From positions 864,001 through 928,000 of the forward strand of contig OZ219785.1 of assembly GCA_964291285.2 (NCBI GenBank): 64,000 nt of DNA, given 5' to 3'. A program made the translations under genes and the position numbers. The notes under the pieces were generated by a model that was not told where the DNA came from, did no database searches, and saw only the letters and a list, made by a program, of their open reading frames with translations. Positions within the stretch are counted from its first letter, which is position 1, and each line of letters starts with the position of its first letter. This document shows positions 47,317 through 58,240 of this stretch, piece after piece. This DNA comes from Alphaproteobacteria bacterium (GTDB taxonomy: Bacteria; Pseudomonadota; Alphaproteobacteria; Bin95).

Positions 47317-48656
47317 GCGAAGGCGATCTTTCGACCCTGCAACTCCTCGTCGATTGGCTCCGCGAGGTTCTGAACGTCTGGAACATCACCGCCATCGCCG
47401 TCCTGCTGTTCTTTCTCGGTACCCCCGTCGTGCTGGTGCTGGCTGCCTGGGTGGTGGCGTCCTCCTATTTCGTCGTGGAGTTCCCGTTGACCAATGTCGG
47501 CATCGCGGCAAACGACTCGATCAAGAACTTCATCTTCCTGGCCGTACCACTGTTCGTCATCACCGGCGACTTCCTGACGGAGGGCGGCATCAGCCGCAGG
47601 CTGATCGCGTTCTCGCGCTCCTGCGTTGGCTTCATGCATGGCGCCACGGCGGCGACGGCGATGTTCTCCTGCGGCCTGTTTGCGGCGATCTCCGGCTCCA
47701 ATGCCGCGACCGCGGCGACCATGGGGCGGCTGCTCGGGCCGGAAATGGTCGAGCGCGGCGTCAGCCCGGGCCTGTCGGGCGCGATCATTGCGGCGGGCGG
47801 CACCGTCGGCGTCATCATCCCGCCGAGCGTGATCTTCCTGATCTACGGCGTCACGATGGAGGTGCCGAGCGTCGACCTGTTTATCGGCGGCATGATTCCG
47901 GGCCTGTTGATGGTCATAGCGCTGATCGGCAGTGCGGTGGTACTGACCGGGAAGGTGGAGCGCGGGATCGGCCTGCGTAACCTGAGCCCCCGGCGGATCG
48001 TCGAATCGGCGTTGGCGGCCTGGGCGGGGTTCATCGCGATCGGGGTGATCTTTTTCGGCATTTACTGGGGCTATTTCAGCCCGACGGAGGCGGCCGGGGT
48101 CGTCGCCATCTACTGCTTCATCGTCGGCTCCGTGCCGTTTCTTGGGGGCCGGCTCCACCTGCGCCAGATACCGGGCATCATGCTGAACAGCGCGCGGCTG
48201 GCCGGTCTGCTGGTGCCGCTGGTGGTGTTTTCCATCCAGTTTCAACAGGTCTCCAGCGTTATGGGCCTGCCGGTGGCGATCCAGGACTTTCTGGGCGACC
48301 TCGGCGAGAACTACGGCTCGACGGTGCTGATCGCCGTCATGATGCTGTTGATCCTGCTCGTGGGCGCGATCACCGAATCGGTTGCCGTGGTCCTCATTCT
48401 CGGTCCCATCCTGGCGCCGGTGGCGGAGAGTATCGGCATCGATCCGGTCCATTGGGGCGTGGTCTTCGTCGTCGGCACCACGATCGGATTCATCACGCCG
48501 CCCTACGGCCTGAACCTGTTCGTGGTTTCGGGGGTCCTGAGGATCAACTACGACCTGATCATCCGGCAGATCTTCAAATTGCTGATCCCGCTGATGATCG
48601 TGTGGACCATCGTGACGGCGGTGCCCTGGTTGTCTCTGGTGCTGCTCGGCGGCTAG
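47313..48656 (+). CDS. TRAP large permease DctM
   Basis: LAVPLF, SGSNAAT, IIPPS, SPTEAA, GIDPVH, ITPPYGLNLFV. Confidence 0.92.
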   Translation: MSEGDLSTLQLLVDWLREVLNVWNITAIAVLLFFLGTPVVLVLAAWVVASSYFVVEFPLTNVGIAANDSIKNFIFLAVPLFVITGDFLTEGGISRRLIAFSRSCVGFMHGATAATAMFSCGLFAAISGSNAATAATMGRLLGPEMVERGVSPGLSGAIIAAGGTVGVIIPPSVIFLIYGVTMEVPSVDLFIGGMIPGLLMVIALIGSAVVLTGKVERGIGLRNLSPRRIVESALAAWAGFIAIGVIFFGIYWGYFSPTEAAGVVAIYCFIVGSVPFLGGRLHLRQIPGIMLNSARLAGLLVPLVVFSIQFQQVSSVMGLPVAIQDFLGDLGENYGSTVLIAVMMLLILLVGAITESVAVVLILGPILAPVAESIGIDPVHWGVVFVVGTTIGFITPPYGLNLFVVSGVLRINYDLIIRQIFKLLIPLMIVWTIVTAVPWLSLVLLGG

Positions 48657-48665
48657 GAGGAACGA

Positions 48666-49034
48666 ATGAGCGAGCGCAAAGAAGCGACCGAAAAGCTGTT
48701 CAAGGCGTTCGTGAAAGGCTTCGCGAAGCACGACACGGCGCTGGTTGCGCCGACGCTGGCCGACGATTTCGTCTGGAGCCAGCCGACGGGCGAGAACTTT
48801 GTCGGCAAGGAGGCCGCCCTGCAGGCCATGGCCGACCGCTGGTCCGCGCCCGGCGGCGGACCGGTGTTCGGCAATGGCGGTTTCGAGGTGGTCGGCGACA
48901 CCGTGATCCAGACCTACGAGGTGACGGCCGACGCGCCGGACGGCGGCAAAAGGACCGTGCGCGGCATGGACATCTACAAGGTCCGCGACGGCCTGCTCAC
49001 ACGAAAGGACGCCTTCTGGAAGCAGCCGGGGTAG
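48666..49034 (+). CDS. NTF2/SnoaL-like protein
   Basis: F..HD, DDFVW, GKEA, RGMDIY..RDG...KDAFWK. Confidence 0.75.
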   Translation: MSERKEATEKLFKAFVKGFAKHDTALVAPTLADDFVWSQPTGENFVGKEAALQAMADRWSAPGGGPVFGNGGFEVVGDTVIQTYEVTADAPDGGKRTVRGMDIYKVRDGLLTRKDAFWKQPG

Positions 49035-49155
49035 TGTTGCCGGCTCGTCGGCTCCCGGGCGGTTTTCGACAGTAATCCATGCCCCGGTTTGCGCCCGGCT
49101 CGCGGCGCCCGCTATTCTCGCCGCCCCGACCCGAAGATCCTGCAAGGCGGCCCCC

Positions 49156-49944
49156 ATGACCTCCGAGACGGCCCTCTACGAACGCGACGGCGCGATCGTC
49201 ATGATCACGCTCAACCGGCCCGAGAAGCTGAACGCCTTCGACGACGCGGCGGTGGAGGCGCTGTCGGAGGCGCTGGCCCGCTTCGACACCGACCCCGACG
49301 CCAATGTCGCGATCCTGCACGGGGCGGGGCGCGCCTTCTCCACCGGGGCGGATGTGCTGCGCCGGCAGCTGCGCCCCCGCGAGGAGCTGGAGCGCTTCGG
49401 CGGCCCGCAGGGGCGCGGGGCGGATTCCGGGCGCCTTTTCACCCACGCGGTCAACTGGAAGCCGGTGGTCGCCGCCGTGCATGGCTATGTCATGGGGCTC
49501 GCGGTCGGCATCGCGCTCGACTGTGACCTGCTGGTGGCCGAGGCCGGCACGCGCTTCCAGATCACCGAGACCTCGCGCGGCCTCGGCGGGTCGGTCTATT
49601 GGGGGCTGATGCGGCTGCGCGGGGCCGGCGCCTTCGGCGATGAGGTGGCGCTGACCGGACGATGGTTCACGGCCGAGGAGGCCGCGGCCGCCGGCGCGGT
49701 CAACCGCCTTGCGCCCGCTGGCGGCCATCTCGAGGCCGCCCGCGAGCTCGCGGAGACGCTGAACGCCAACCCGCCGCTCAGCGTGCGTTCGACCGTCCGG
49801 GCGCGCCGGCGCGAGATTGCGCGGGTGCGCTCCGAACTCTCCGCCGCCGCGCAGCCGGAACGGCTCTATCTGACCGAGGATTTCCACGAGGCGGCGCTCG
49901 CCTTCAAGGAGAAGCGCGCGCCCCGGCCGTTCAGGGGCCGTTGA
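49156..49944 (+). CDS. Enoyl-CoA hydratase/isomerase family protein
   Basis: ITLNRPEKLNA, AFSTGAD, KPVVAAVHG, F.EKRAP.F.GR. Confidence 0.88.
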   Translation: MTSETALYERDGAIVMITLNRPEKLNAFDDAAVEALSEALARFDTDPDANVAILHGAGRAFSTGADVLRRQLRPREELERFGGPQGRGADSGRLFTHAVNWKPVVAAVHGYVMGLAVGIALDCDLLVAEAGTRFQITETSRGLGGSVYWGLMRLRGAGAFGDEVALTGRWFTAEEAAAAGAVNRLAPAGGHLEAARELAETLNANPPLSVRSTVRARRREIARVRSELSAAAQPERLYLTEDFHEAALAFKEKRAPRPFRGR

Positions 49945-50788
49945 GCGGGGCCAGCCCCTCCAGGACCGGGCGGAAGCCGACCAGGATGTGCTTCAGCCCG
50001 GCCGGGCGGCTGTGGCGGGCCGCCGGGCGGCAGACGCCGCAGCCGCTGTCGTCCCAGGACCCGCCTTTGACCAGGAAACGCCCGGGCCGGGCCTCGGTCG
50101 CGGTCCACTCGAAGACCTGGCCCGCGGCGTCCAGCAGGCCGAAGGGCGAGGCGCTGTCCGGGAACCGGCCGACAGGCAGCGTGTCGAACGGTCCGCCGTC
50201 ATGGCTGTTGAGGCGCCAGGGCGCGAATTCGTCGCCCCAGGGGAACCTGCGGCCATCCGTGCCGCGCGCCGCCTTCTCCCATTCCAGTTCGGTCGGCAGC
50301 CGCCAGACGCGCCCGGTGCGCGCTGAGAGCCACGCCGTATAGGCCCGCGCGTCCTCATGCGAGACCAGCACGACGGGGTGCGCCTTCCGGTCTTCCGGCG
50401 GGTAGCCGCCGATCCAGGCATGGCGGCGGGTGCGGGGATAGGGGTGGATCAGGCCGTAACCCTTCCAGGTCTCGGCATCGACATCGGGTGCCCCGCGCCC
50501 TGTCTCGGCGATGAAGGCCGCATATTGCGCATTGGTGACGGGCGTGCGGGCGATCCGGAAGCCCGGCAGGCTCAGCGTCCCGCGGTCGCGCTCGCCATCA
50601 TACCAGCCCTGCCGGCGGGTGACCGAATGGCCGTAGGCGGCTTCGTCCAGCCGGTAGGCGGCCTCGCGCTCTGCCGCATCGGAGCCGGCGATGAACGTTC
50701 CGGCCGGCACCGGGACCGTTTCCGGCAGGTCCGCGGCTGCCGTTCCGAAGGCCGCCAGAATCAGTGCTCCCGCTTGCACAACGCGCAT
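49931..50788 (-). CDS. Exported FGE-sulfatase-domain (SUMF1/EgtB/PvdO) protein
   Basis: Signal-like N-terminus; VTNAQY, HPVV.VS, RLPTELEWEKAARG, FPWG, GQVFEW, KGGSW, GFR. Confidence 0.85.
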   Translation of the reverse strand: MRVVQAGALILAAFGTAAADLPETVPVPAGTFIAGSDAAEREAAYRLDEAAYGHSVTRRQGWYDGERDRGTLSLPGFRIARTPVTNAQYAAFIAETGRGAPDVDAETWKGYGLIHPYPRTRRHAWIGGYPPEDRKAHPVVLVSHEDARAYTAWLSARTGRVWRLPTELEWEKAARGTDGRRFPWGDEFAPWRLNSHDGGPFDTLPVGRFPDSASPFGLLDAAGQVFEWTATEARPGRFLVKGGSWDDSGCGVCRPAARHSRPAGLKHILVGFRPVLEGLAPLNGP

Positions 50789-50965
50789 CTATCCGCCCTT
50801 TCCGATGGTCAGGCGAACCTTCCTGCGCGCCGCGCGCAAGGCCCGCTCACGCAGTTGTGACCCGATTCGTCCATTTTTCCGGTCTCCATATCGGTTAGCA
50901 TGATGGCAGGCGATTTTCGGATCGTCCGGCGCGTTATCGGGAAAACCAAGAATGGGAGAACTGCC

Positions 50966-51301
50966 ATGAAATCCTATAAGGCCCGCCTGCTTTCCACGGC
51001 GGTCATCGGCGTTGGCATGGCTGTCGGCGCCGTCGGCGCGGCAAGCCTCGCCGGCACCGCCTACGCCACCTGCAAGCCCGCGGCCGCGGCCTGCAAGGCC
51101 TGCGGCGCGTGCAATCCCTGCAAGCCGAAAAAGGCCTGCGGCGCATGCAACCCCTGCAAGCCCGCCTGCGGCGCGTGCAACCCGTGCAAGCCCGCCTGCG
51201 GCGCGTGCAACCCGTGCAAGCCCGCCTGTGGCGCGTGCAACCCCTGCAAGCCGAAAAAAGCGTGCGGCGCTTGCAATCCCTGCAAGCCCAAGAGCAACTA
51301 A
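50966..51301 (+). CDS. Secreted Cys/Lys-rich repeat peptide
   Basis: GGGAGA RBS; 34-aa signal ending AYA; 77-aa mature part with six [10 protein letters not shown] units; variation between repeats is synonymous. Confidence 0.8.
   Translation: MKSYKARLLSTAVIGVGMAVGAVGAASLAGTAYATCKPAAAACKACGACNPCKPKKACGACNPCKPACGACNPCKPACGACNPCKPACGACNPCKPKKACGACNPCKPKSN
51098..51289 (+). repeat. Six 30-bp coding repeats (two KK spacers)
   Basis: GCCTGCGGCGCGTGCAACCC(C/G)TGCAAGCC(C/G) units. Confidence 0.9.
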
Positions 51302-52820
51302 CCCGACTTCCGCAACTCGGGGGTCATGAGGATGCTAACTCATTGAATAGCCTTGATCGTCTCCCCGAGGGTCGGCACTACAAGGCGGCGAACGGAGAGG
51401 CGGCGCCGTGTGCCGTCAGGCGGAGATCCGGGGTGCGGGTTGCTGCGGCCAGGTCATGCCGAGCTGTTGCAGCAGTAGCTCGTGCTCCTTGTTCGGCCGG
51501 GTGTGGCGCGGCAGGACGAGGTGCCGGCCGTCGGTGGTTGGCAGATGGACGTCCACCATCTGGATGGTGGCGAAGGCCTCAAGGATGGCGCGTGGGGTGA
51601 GGCCCGGGGCGCGCGGCCGGGCGAGGTTCTTCAGGGTCACCAGCAGGCAGTAGGCGATGAACGAGACGAAGATATGCGCCTCGATGCGCTCTTGGCGCTG
51701 ATGGAAGATGGGGCGGATCGCGAGGTCGTGCTTGAGTTCCTTGAACGCCTGCTCGATCTCGACGAGCTGCATGTACAGATGCCACAGCGTGGCGGGGTCT
51801 TCGGCGACCATGTTGGATCGCAGCAGGTAACGGCCCTCGCGGCGGCGGACCTGGCGCAGCCGGTCGCGCTGCAGGCGGAATGAGAAGCCGTTGGCGGCGA
51901 GTTCGCTGTCGGTCCCGGGCACGGTGATGTCGACCAGGCTCCAGGCCCGGCCGGCCTCCTTCCTGGCGGCGCCGAGCTTGAGCAACAACTGATCCCGGCT
52001 GTTCGACTGCCCTTGCAACTCGGCCAATCGACGCCACAGCCTCTTCAGCCGGCGCCGGCGCATGCCGCGTTCCTTCACCTGCCGCCCCTCGCTGCGCACC
52101 AGGACGTAGAGCTCGCCATCCTCGACCAGAAGCTTGACAGTCACGGACTGGCGCACCTCCTGCCAGGGCAGGCCCAGGAACACCTTCTCGAGCCGCGTCA
52201 GCCGGCCCTTGGGCGTGCCCACCAGGTAGCGCACCGGCGCCTCGCCCTCGCGCATCGCGGCCAGCGTCTCCTCGGTGGGGATGCCGCGGTCCATGATCCA
52301 CACCCGCTCGGAGCGGCCATACTGATCCTCGATCTTCTTGAGGAACGCCGCCAGCGTGGTGTCGTCGGAGGTGTTGCCCGGCATCACCTCATAGGCCAGC
52401 GGAAAGCCCTGCGGCGTAACGATCAGGGCGATCACCACCTGCACGCAGTCGGGCCGCTTGTCCCGGCTGTAGCCGAAGCGGCGCTTGTCATCGAACGGCG
52501 GATCGCTCTCGAAGTAGGTCGAGGTCAGGTCGTAGAGCAGCACGTCGAAGCGCGCCTCGAACAGCGTCGCCCAGCGGTCGCGCAGAAACGAGAAGAAGCC
52601 CTGCTTGTGCGCCAGCAGCTTGTCGAGACAGCGATAGAGTGTGTCGTCGGCGATCGCCCGCTCGCCACCCAGAAGATCGCGAAGCGCGCTGTGCTCATAC
52701 CAGTGACGGTGAAGGCGCCACTCGCTGCCCGGGTCGATCAGCCGGTAGCAGACCTGGATCTTCAGGATGTCCAGCCACCGCGTGCCTTGCCGGCTCGCCG
52801 GCAGCCGCTCTTCCCAGAAG

Positions 52821-54272
52821 GGTCGTGCCCCCAGGCGTGGTGTAGGAGCTGGAGCCACCATCGGTAGCTGTGGGTAAGTGGCCCGCCGCCGCGACCGTCT
52901 GGAGTCTGGCGGCGGCGGGCCACTTATCCATAGCGGATGGCCATCGCGGTGCCGGTAGGGTTGGGCTTCCACAGTCCATCCGACCGGAGGAGTACCACGA
53001 TGACCACCACCGACATGATGACCCTGCGGGCGCTGTTGGAGAAGAGTTCCGACGCCGATCTGCTTCGCGAGATGATCGGGTTCACGGCCGCGCGTCTGAT
53101 GGCGCTTGAGGTTGAGGGCCTTGCGGGCGCCGGGCACGGCGAGCGTTCGCCGGACCGGATCACGCACCGCAACGGCTACCGCGACCGGGTCTGGGAGACG
53201 CGCGCCGGCACGGTCGAGCTGAAGATCCCGAAGCTGCGCAAGGGGAGCTACTTCCCGGGCTTCCTTGAGCCGCGGCGGATGGCGGAGAAGGCGCTGACGG
53301 CGGTGATCCAGGAGGCCTACATCAAGGGCGTATCCACCCGCTCGGTCGACGACCTGGTGCAGGCGATGGGCATGTCGGGCATCTCCAAGAGCCAGGTGTC
53401 CAGGCTGTGCGGCGAGATCGACGACAAGATCCGCGACTTCCTCGACCGGCCGCTGGAGGGCGACTGGCCGTATCTGTGGCTGGACGCGACCTATGTGAAG
53501 ATGCGCGAGGCCGGGCGCATCGTCTCGGTCGCGGTCACCATCGCGGTGGCGGTCAACGACCAGGGCCGGCGCGAGGTGCTCGGCATGGCGATCGGCGCGT
53601 CCGAGGCCGAGACCTTCTGGACCGACTTCCTGCGCTCGCTCGCCCGGCGCGGCCTGCGCGGCGTCAAGCTGGTGATCTCCGACGACCACAAGGGCCTGAA
53701 GGCCGCCGCGACCCGCATCCTCGGCGCCACATGGCAGAGATGCCGCGTGCATTTCATGCGCAACCTGCTCGCCCATGCCGGCAAGCAGGGCCGGCGCGTC
53801 GTCTCCGCCTTCGTCACCACCGCCTTCGCCCAGGAGGATGCAGACAGCGCCTCCGCCCAGTGGCGCCAGGTCGCCGACCAGCTCAGGCCCAAGGCGCCGA
53901 AGCTCGCCGCCATCATGGACGAGGCCGAGCACGATGTTCTCGCCTACATGACCTTCCCGGCCGCGCATCGCGCCAAGCTGCACTCCACAAACCCGCTCGA
54001 ACGCCTCCATGGCGAGATCAAGCGGCGCACCAACACCGTCGGCATCTTCCCCAACGAGAACGCCATCACCCGCCTGATCGGTGCCATCCTGCTCGAGCAG
54101 AACGACGAATGGGCCGTCCAGAGAGCCAGATACGTAACGCTGGAATCCATCGCTCCCGTGAGCGACAATGCAACCGTCAAGCTGCCCGCCGTGGCAGCCT
54201 GAGCCTACCGGCCCTACCCGCCGGACACCGCCACGGGCGCCAGGCTCTTACACCACGGCTCGGGACACGATC
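52821..54272 (+). mobile_element. IS256-family element, copy 1 (1452 bp)
   Basis: Imperfect IRs GGTCGTGCCCC.../...GGGACACGATC; 8-bp duplication CCCAGAAG (52813-52820, 54273-54280). Confidence 0.92.
53000..54202 (+). CDS. IS256-family transposase
   Basis: [53 protein letters not shown]. Confidence 0.95.
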   Translation: MTTTDMMTLRALLEKSSDADLLREMIGFTAARLMALEVEGLAGAGHGERSPDRITHRNGYRDRVWETRAGTVELKIPKLRKGSYFPGFLEPRRMAEKALTAVIQEAYIKGVSTRSVDDLVQAMGMSGISKSQVSRLCGEIDDKIRDFLDRPLEGDWPYLWLDATYVKMREAGRIVSVAVTIAVAVNDQGRREVLGMAIGASEAETFWTDFLRSLARRGLRGVKLVISDDHKGLKAAATRILGATWQRCRVHFMRNLLAHAGKQGRRVVSAFVTTAFAQEDADSASAQWRQVADQLRPKAPKLAAIMDEAEHDVLAYMTFPAAHRAKLHSTNPLERLHGEIKRRTNTVGIFPNENAITRLIGAILLEQNDEWAVQRARYVTLESIAPVSDNATVKLPAVAA

Positions 54273-54793
54273 CCCAGAAGCGGTCCAGGTCCAGGCGGTC
54301 CCACAAGGACAGCGCCAGCCAGCACGCCCCCCACTGGCGCGGGTCGTGAAGCGCCACCTGCGAGAGGTCGATCTTCACCACTTCGCAAGTCAGCGCCGGC
54401 GCCTCCCGGTCCTCGGGAAACAGCGCCATCTGCCGTGATCGCGACTTGCCCTCCACCACCTCGATCGAGCGGCACCACGCCGCTCGCTGGCTGTCGTTGA
54501 TCTCCCCGAGATAGAGCACCTGACGCTGAACAACCCGACCGCCGTGGACCCGGACGTTCTCCACAACGCTCCAGTAGCGGTGCTCCTTGCCGTCCTTGAA
54601 GCGTCTCTTGCAGCGCACGAACATCAGCGCAGCGTCCGGATCTTCGCCAGCCCGATCAAGGGGGTAGGTCGGCACTACAAGCCGGTCCCGAGAGGTACTG
54701 CACCGAAATCCGACACTTCTCGCGCCGGAAAACCGTCAAATCAGTCGATTCTCAAGCCGAGTTGCGGAAGTCGGGCTAAGCCCTCATGGGCAG

Positions 54794-54823
54794 CGGCCGG
54801 CCTTCGGGCCGGCCGCGCTTTTC
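54794..54823 (+). terminator. Intrinsic terminator, originally just downstream of the Cys-rich peptide gene
   Basis: GCGGCCGGCC-TTCG-GGCCGGCCGC then GCTTTT. Confidence 0.7.
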
Positions 54824-54857
54824 CGGGACCGCGGCGCCGAAAGGCGCCGCACCCGTT

Positions 54858-55412
54858 TCAGGCGGCGTCGAGAGCCGCCTGCGCCTCCGGCTCCATGTCG
54901 AGCCGCAGGGCGTCGTTGAAGCGGTTGAACGCCCCGCAGAGCGCGATCCGCCAGGTCAGTTCGACGATCTGCTCCTCGCTGAAATGCGTTTTCAGCCGCT
55001 CGAAAATGCCGTCCCGCATTCTCCCCGCACTGTCGTTGACCTGGACGGCGTAATCGACCACCAGGCGGTCGATCTCGTCCAGTTCCGGATGGTTCGCCGG
55101 ATCTTCCAGCAGAGTGGCGACGCCGGCGGCGCTCATGCCCTCCACGGCCAGCATCGGCCCGTGATGGGCCACGCAATAGTCGCAGGCATTGCGCTGCGAG
55201 ACCGCGACCAGCGCCAGTTCCAGATAGCGCCGCGGGAGCACCGCCTCCCGCCTGAGCGCGGTCAGGAGCCCGAATGTGTGCTCCAGAATCGGCGGCCGCC
55301 GGCCGAGCGCGCCGACAAGGCTGGCGAAGGGACCGTAGGATACCGCGTCGTCCGCCAGCGGATGCAGGGCGGGCGGCAGGTCTTCGCGGGCGGCGTAGGC
55401 GATGCGGGCCAT
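54858..55412 (-). CDS. Carboxymuconolactone decarboxylase/AhpD-like protein
   Basis: ELA..AVS..NACDYCVAHH, F.EEQIVEL...FNRFNDAL. Confidence 0.85.
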   Translation of the reverse strand: MARIAYAAREDLPPALHPLADDAVSYGPFASLVGALGRRPPILEHTFGLLTALRREAVLPRRYLELALVAVSQRNACDYCVAHHGPMLAVEGMSAAGVATLLEDPANHPELDEIDRLVVDYAVQVNDSAGRMRDGIFERLKTHFSEEQIVELTWRIALCGAFNRFNDALRLDMEPEAQAALDAA

Positions 55413-55426
55413 GGGGGGAACCTCCG

Positions 55427-57520
55427 TCAGCCGATTTCGACGATGATGTTGCCATAGCCGTCCAGCCGGGCCGAATCCTGCGGCGGGACGAGGCAGGTGG
55501 CGTCGTATTCCTCGACGATGAGCGGACCCGGAACCGGGTCCGGGCCGAGGTCGCCGCGCGCGAGCACCGCGGCGTCCCGCCACCCGTGCTCGCGGCCGAA
55601 CCAGGCGCGGCGGCTGCCGGCCCCGCCCGAGGGCTCGGGCGGCGGCGGGGGCGGTGTGCTGTCATTCGAGAACCCGCGCCCGACCACCTGGACGGTCATC
55701 AGCTCCACGGGCTCCTCCGGCCCGGCGCGGTGGCCGTAGGTGCGCTCATGCTCGACGCCGAAGGCCTCCTCCAGCGCGGCAACCCACGCCGTGTCCACCG
55801 GCCCCGGCGGTGCCGCGACCTGCAGCTCGAAAATCTGGCCGTGATAGTGGAGTTGCGCGCTGCGCACGAGTGTGCGCCGTTCGGTCGGGATTCCGTCGGC
55901 CTCCAGCTGCGCGTTCGCCTCGGCCTCCAGCGCGGCCCATGCCGCTTCGAGCTCCGCCGGGTCGGCCCCGCTGAGGATGCGCCTGTGCGCATGGGAGTAG
56001 TGGTGCTCGACCTCGGCATGGAGCAGGCCGAAGGAGGAGAACAGGCCGGGCGAGGGCGGCACCAGCACCGTCCGGATCGCGAGTTCGCGCGCCATGCCGG
56101 CGGCGAAGAGCGGCCCGTTGCCGCCGAAGGCGAACAGGGCGTAGTCGCGCGGGTCGCGGCCCCGCTCGGAAGAGACGGCGCGAATGGCGCGGATCATGTT
56201 CGAGGCGGCGATGCGGTGGGCGCCGAGCGCGGCGTCTTCCGGCGCCAGGCCCATCGGCTGCGCCACGGAGCGCTCGAAGGCCTCGCGCGCCGCCTCGAAG
56301 TCGAGCTTCAGCGCGCCGCCGACGAGATGGCCCGGGTTGAGGTATCCGAGCAGCAGGTTGGCGTCGGTGAGCGTGGGTTCCGTGCCGCCCGCGCCGTAGC
56401 AGACGGGGCCCGGATCGGCGCCTGCGCTCTCCGGCCCTACCTGCAGGCCGCCCGCGGCGTCGAGGCGGAGCAGCGAGCCGCCGCCTGCGCCGACTTCCGC
56501 GAGGTCGATGGCCGGCGTCTTGACCACATAGCCCGCACCGGTCATCAGCCGGGAACCGGCGATCACACCGGCGCCGACGCTGAATTCGAGCGCGCGCGAA
56601 ACCGTGCCGCGCTCGACGATGGACGCCTTCGCCGTCGTGCCGCCCATGTCGAAGGTGAGGACATTGTCCAGGCCGGCGGATCTGGCCAGGGCCTGCGCGC
56701 CGATGACCCCGCCGGCAGGACCGGATTCGACGATATGCATGGGCAGGTTGCGCGCCGCCTGCGACGGCATCAGCCCGCCGCTCGACTGCATCAGCAACAG
56801 CGGCGCGCGCGTGCCGATATCGGCGAAGCCTTCCTCCAGCCCGGCCAGGTAACGCGAGACCACCGGCTTCAGGCAGGCGTTCACGACCGTGGTGGAGGTG
56901 CGCTCATATTCCTTCGCCTCGGGCAGCACGCGGTGGCTGATGCTGGTCTCGACATCCGGCGCGAGGCGCTCGACGATCCCGGCGACGGTTTCCTCATGCG
57001 CGGGGTTGGCGTAGCTGTGCAGCAGCGCTACGGCGATGGCCTCCACGCCTTCGTCGAGCAGCCGCCGGACGGCCGCCTCCGCCTCTTCCGGATCGAGCGG
57101 CGCCTGTGTCCTGCCGTCATGCGTCACGCGCTCGGCCACCGTGCGGCGCAGATAGCGCGGCACCAGCGGCGGCGGCTTCTGCCAGGCGATGTCGTAGAGG
57201 CGCGGCATGCGGAGATTGCGGATCTCCAGGATGTCGCGGAAGCCTTCGGTGGCGATCAGCCCGGTCTTTGCCCCCTTGCCTTCCAGGATGGCGTTGGAGG
57301 CGACCGTGGTGCCGTGGCGCAGCTCGGCGATGTCCTCGCCCGCGAACGCGCCCTCGGCGATCAGGCCGGCAAGCGCCTCGACGATCGCGCGGGCGTAATT
57401 GTCCACCGACGAGGAAACCTTGCGGGTGAGCAGCCGTCCGTCCCCGTCGAGGCAGACGATATCGGTGAAGGTGCCGCCGATGTCGATCCCGAGGCGCCAG
57501 CGGGCTTCAGCATGTTCCAT
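55427..57520 (-). CDS. Hydantoinase A/oxoprolinase subunit (no B subunit adjacent)
   Basis: DIGGTFTD, HGTTVASNA, ESGPAGG, DMGGTT, GAGGGS, GPVCYG. Confidence 0.9.
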   Translation of the reverse strand: MEHAEARWRLGIDIGGTFTDIVCLDGDGRLLTRKVSSSVDNYARAIVEALAGLIAEGAFAGEDIAELRHGTTVASNAILEGKGAKTGLIATEGFRDILEIRNLRMPRLYDIAWQKPPPLVPRYLRRTVAERVTHDGRTQAPLDPEEAEAAVRRLLDEGVEAIAVALLHSYANPAHEETVAGIVERLAPDVETSISHRVLPEAKEYERTSTTVVNACLKPVVSRYLAGLEEGFADIGTRAPLLLMQSSGGLMPSQAARNLPMHIVESGPAGGVIGAQALARSAGLDNVLTFDMGGTTAKASIVERGTVSRALEFSVGAGVIAGSRLMTGAGYVVKTPAIDLAEVGAGGGSLLRLDAAGGLQVGPESAGADPGPVCYGAGGTEPTLTDANLLLGYLNPGHLVGGALKLDFEAAREAFERSVAQPMGLAPEDAALGAHRIAASNMIRAIRAVSSERGRDPRDYALFAFGGNGPLFAAGMARELAIRTVLVPPSPGLFSSFGLLHAEVEHHYSHAHRRILSGADPAELEAAWAALEAEANAQLEADGIPTERRTLVRSAQLHYHGQIFELQVAAPPGPVDTAWVAALEEAFGVEHERTYGHRAGPEEPVELMTVQVVGRGFSNDSTPPPPPPEPSGGAGSRRAWFGREHGWRDAAVLARGDLGPDPVPGPLIVEEYDATCLVPPQDSARLDGYGNIIVEIG

Positions 57521-58240
57521 GTGTCATCGCTCTTGTCCGGATTGGGCGGCGGTCCGCCCATGGCGCGGGACAAGGTAGCAACGGATATGGAGGCCGTCAC
57601 CATGACCGGCGGCCGGAGCCGGACTCTGCGGGCCGCGGTGCGTTATCCGCTTCGTTCGAGGGCCGTCTCGCGCACGATCTGCAGCAGGCGGCGGAACGGG
57701 GGCAGCTCCTCGGCGGAGCGGCGCACGACATAACCCGACCGGTAACGGGAAAGCCCGATCTCCGCCGGCAATGGTCGAATGAACTGTCCCGGGAGGCGTT
57801 CCAGAAAGGAAAACGGCAGCAGGGCGAGATAGGGACCGCCGTTCAGGACCGACAGGCAGGCGCTGCCGGTCTGGACGACGGTTTTCGCGCGGACATTCGT
57901 GGCCTGGTAGAGCTGGTCCAGAAGGGCAGCCAGCGAGGGCTCGCTGCAAAAGTCGATCCAGGGATAGCGGACGAGGTCTTCATTGGAGACGTCGCGGGAG
58001 AAGAGCGGGTGGTCGCGCCAGGCGGCGATGCCTGCGGTCACATCCAGAAAGCGCTCGCGTCTGAGCGATGCGTGCAGGATTTCACTGGTGTCGACACCGC
58101 CGCAATGCAGGTCGCTTTCGCCGTCGACGAGCAGCCGCAGCCCTTCATGGCGGCTGGCCATGTCGACCTTGACCTCGGTTCCCGGACAGTCCTCATGGAA
58201 GCGGGCCAGTGCTGCCGGCACGACCGTTTCGACCCATGTC

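Larger units (their letters stand above)
51416..54624 (-). pseudogene. IS1634 transposase split by IS256
   Basis: 5' part MFVRCKRRFKDGKEHRYWSVVE...LDRFW continues as EERLP...YDLTSTYFE...GYSRDKRPD...MDRG...IEQAFKELK..L.IRP. Confidence 0.88.
51302..54775. mobile_element. IS1634-family element carrying a nested IS256
   Basis: Perfect 19-bp IRs CCCGACTTCCGCAACTCGG (51302-51320) / CCGAGTTGCGGAAGTCGGG (54757-54775); CTAA duplicated at 51298-51301 and 54776-54779. Confidence 0.88.

Noticed and set aside
51098-51289. 30-bp repeats as CRISPR, or CxxC as c-type heme sites
   Set aside because: No spacers; the motifs are CGACN, lacking the His of CxxCH.
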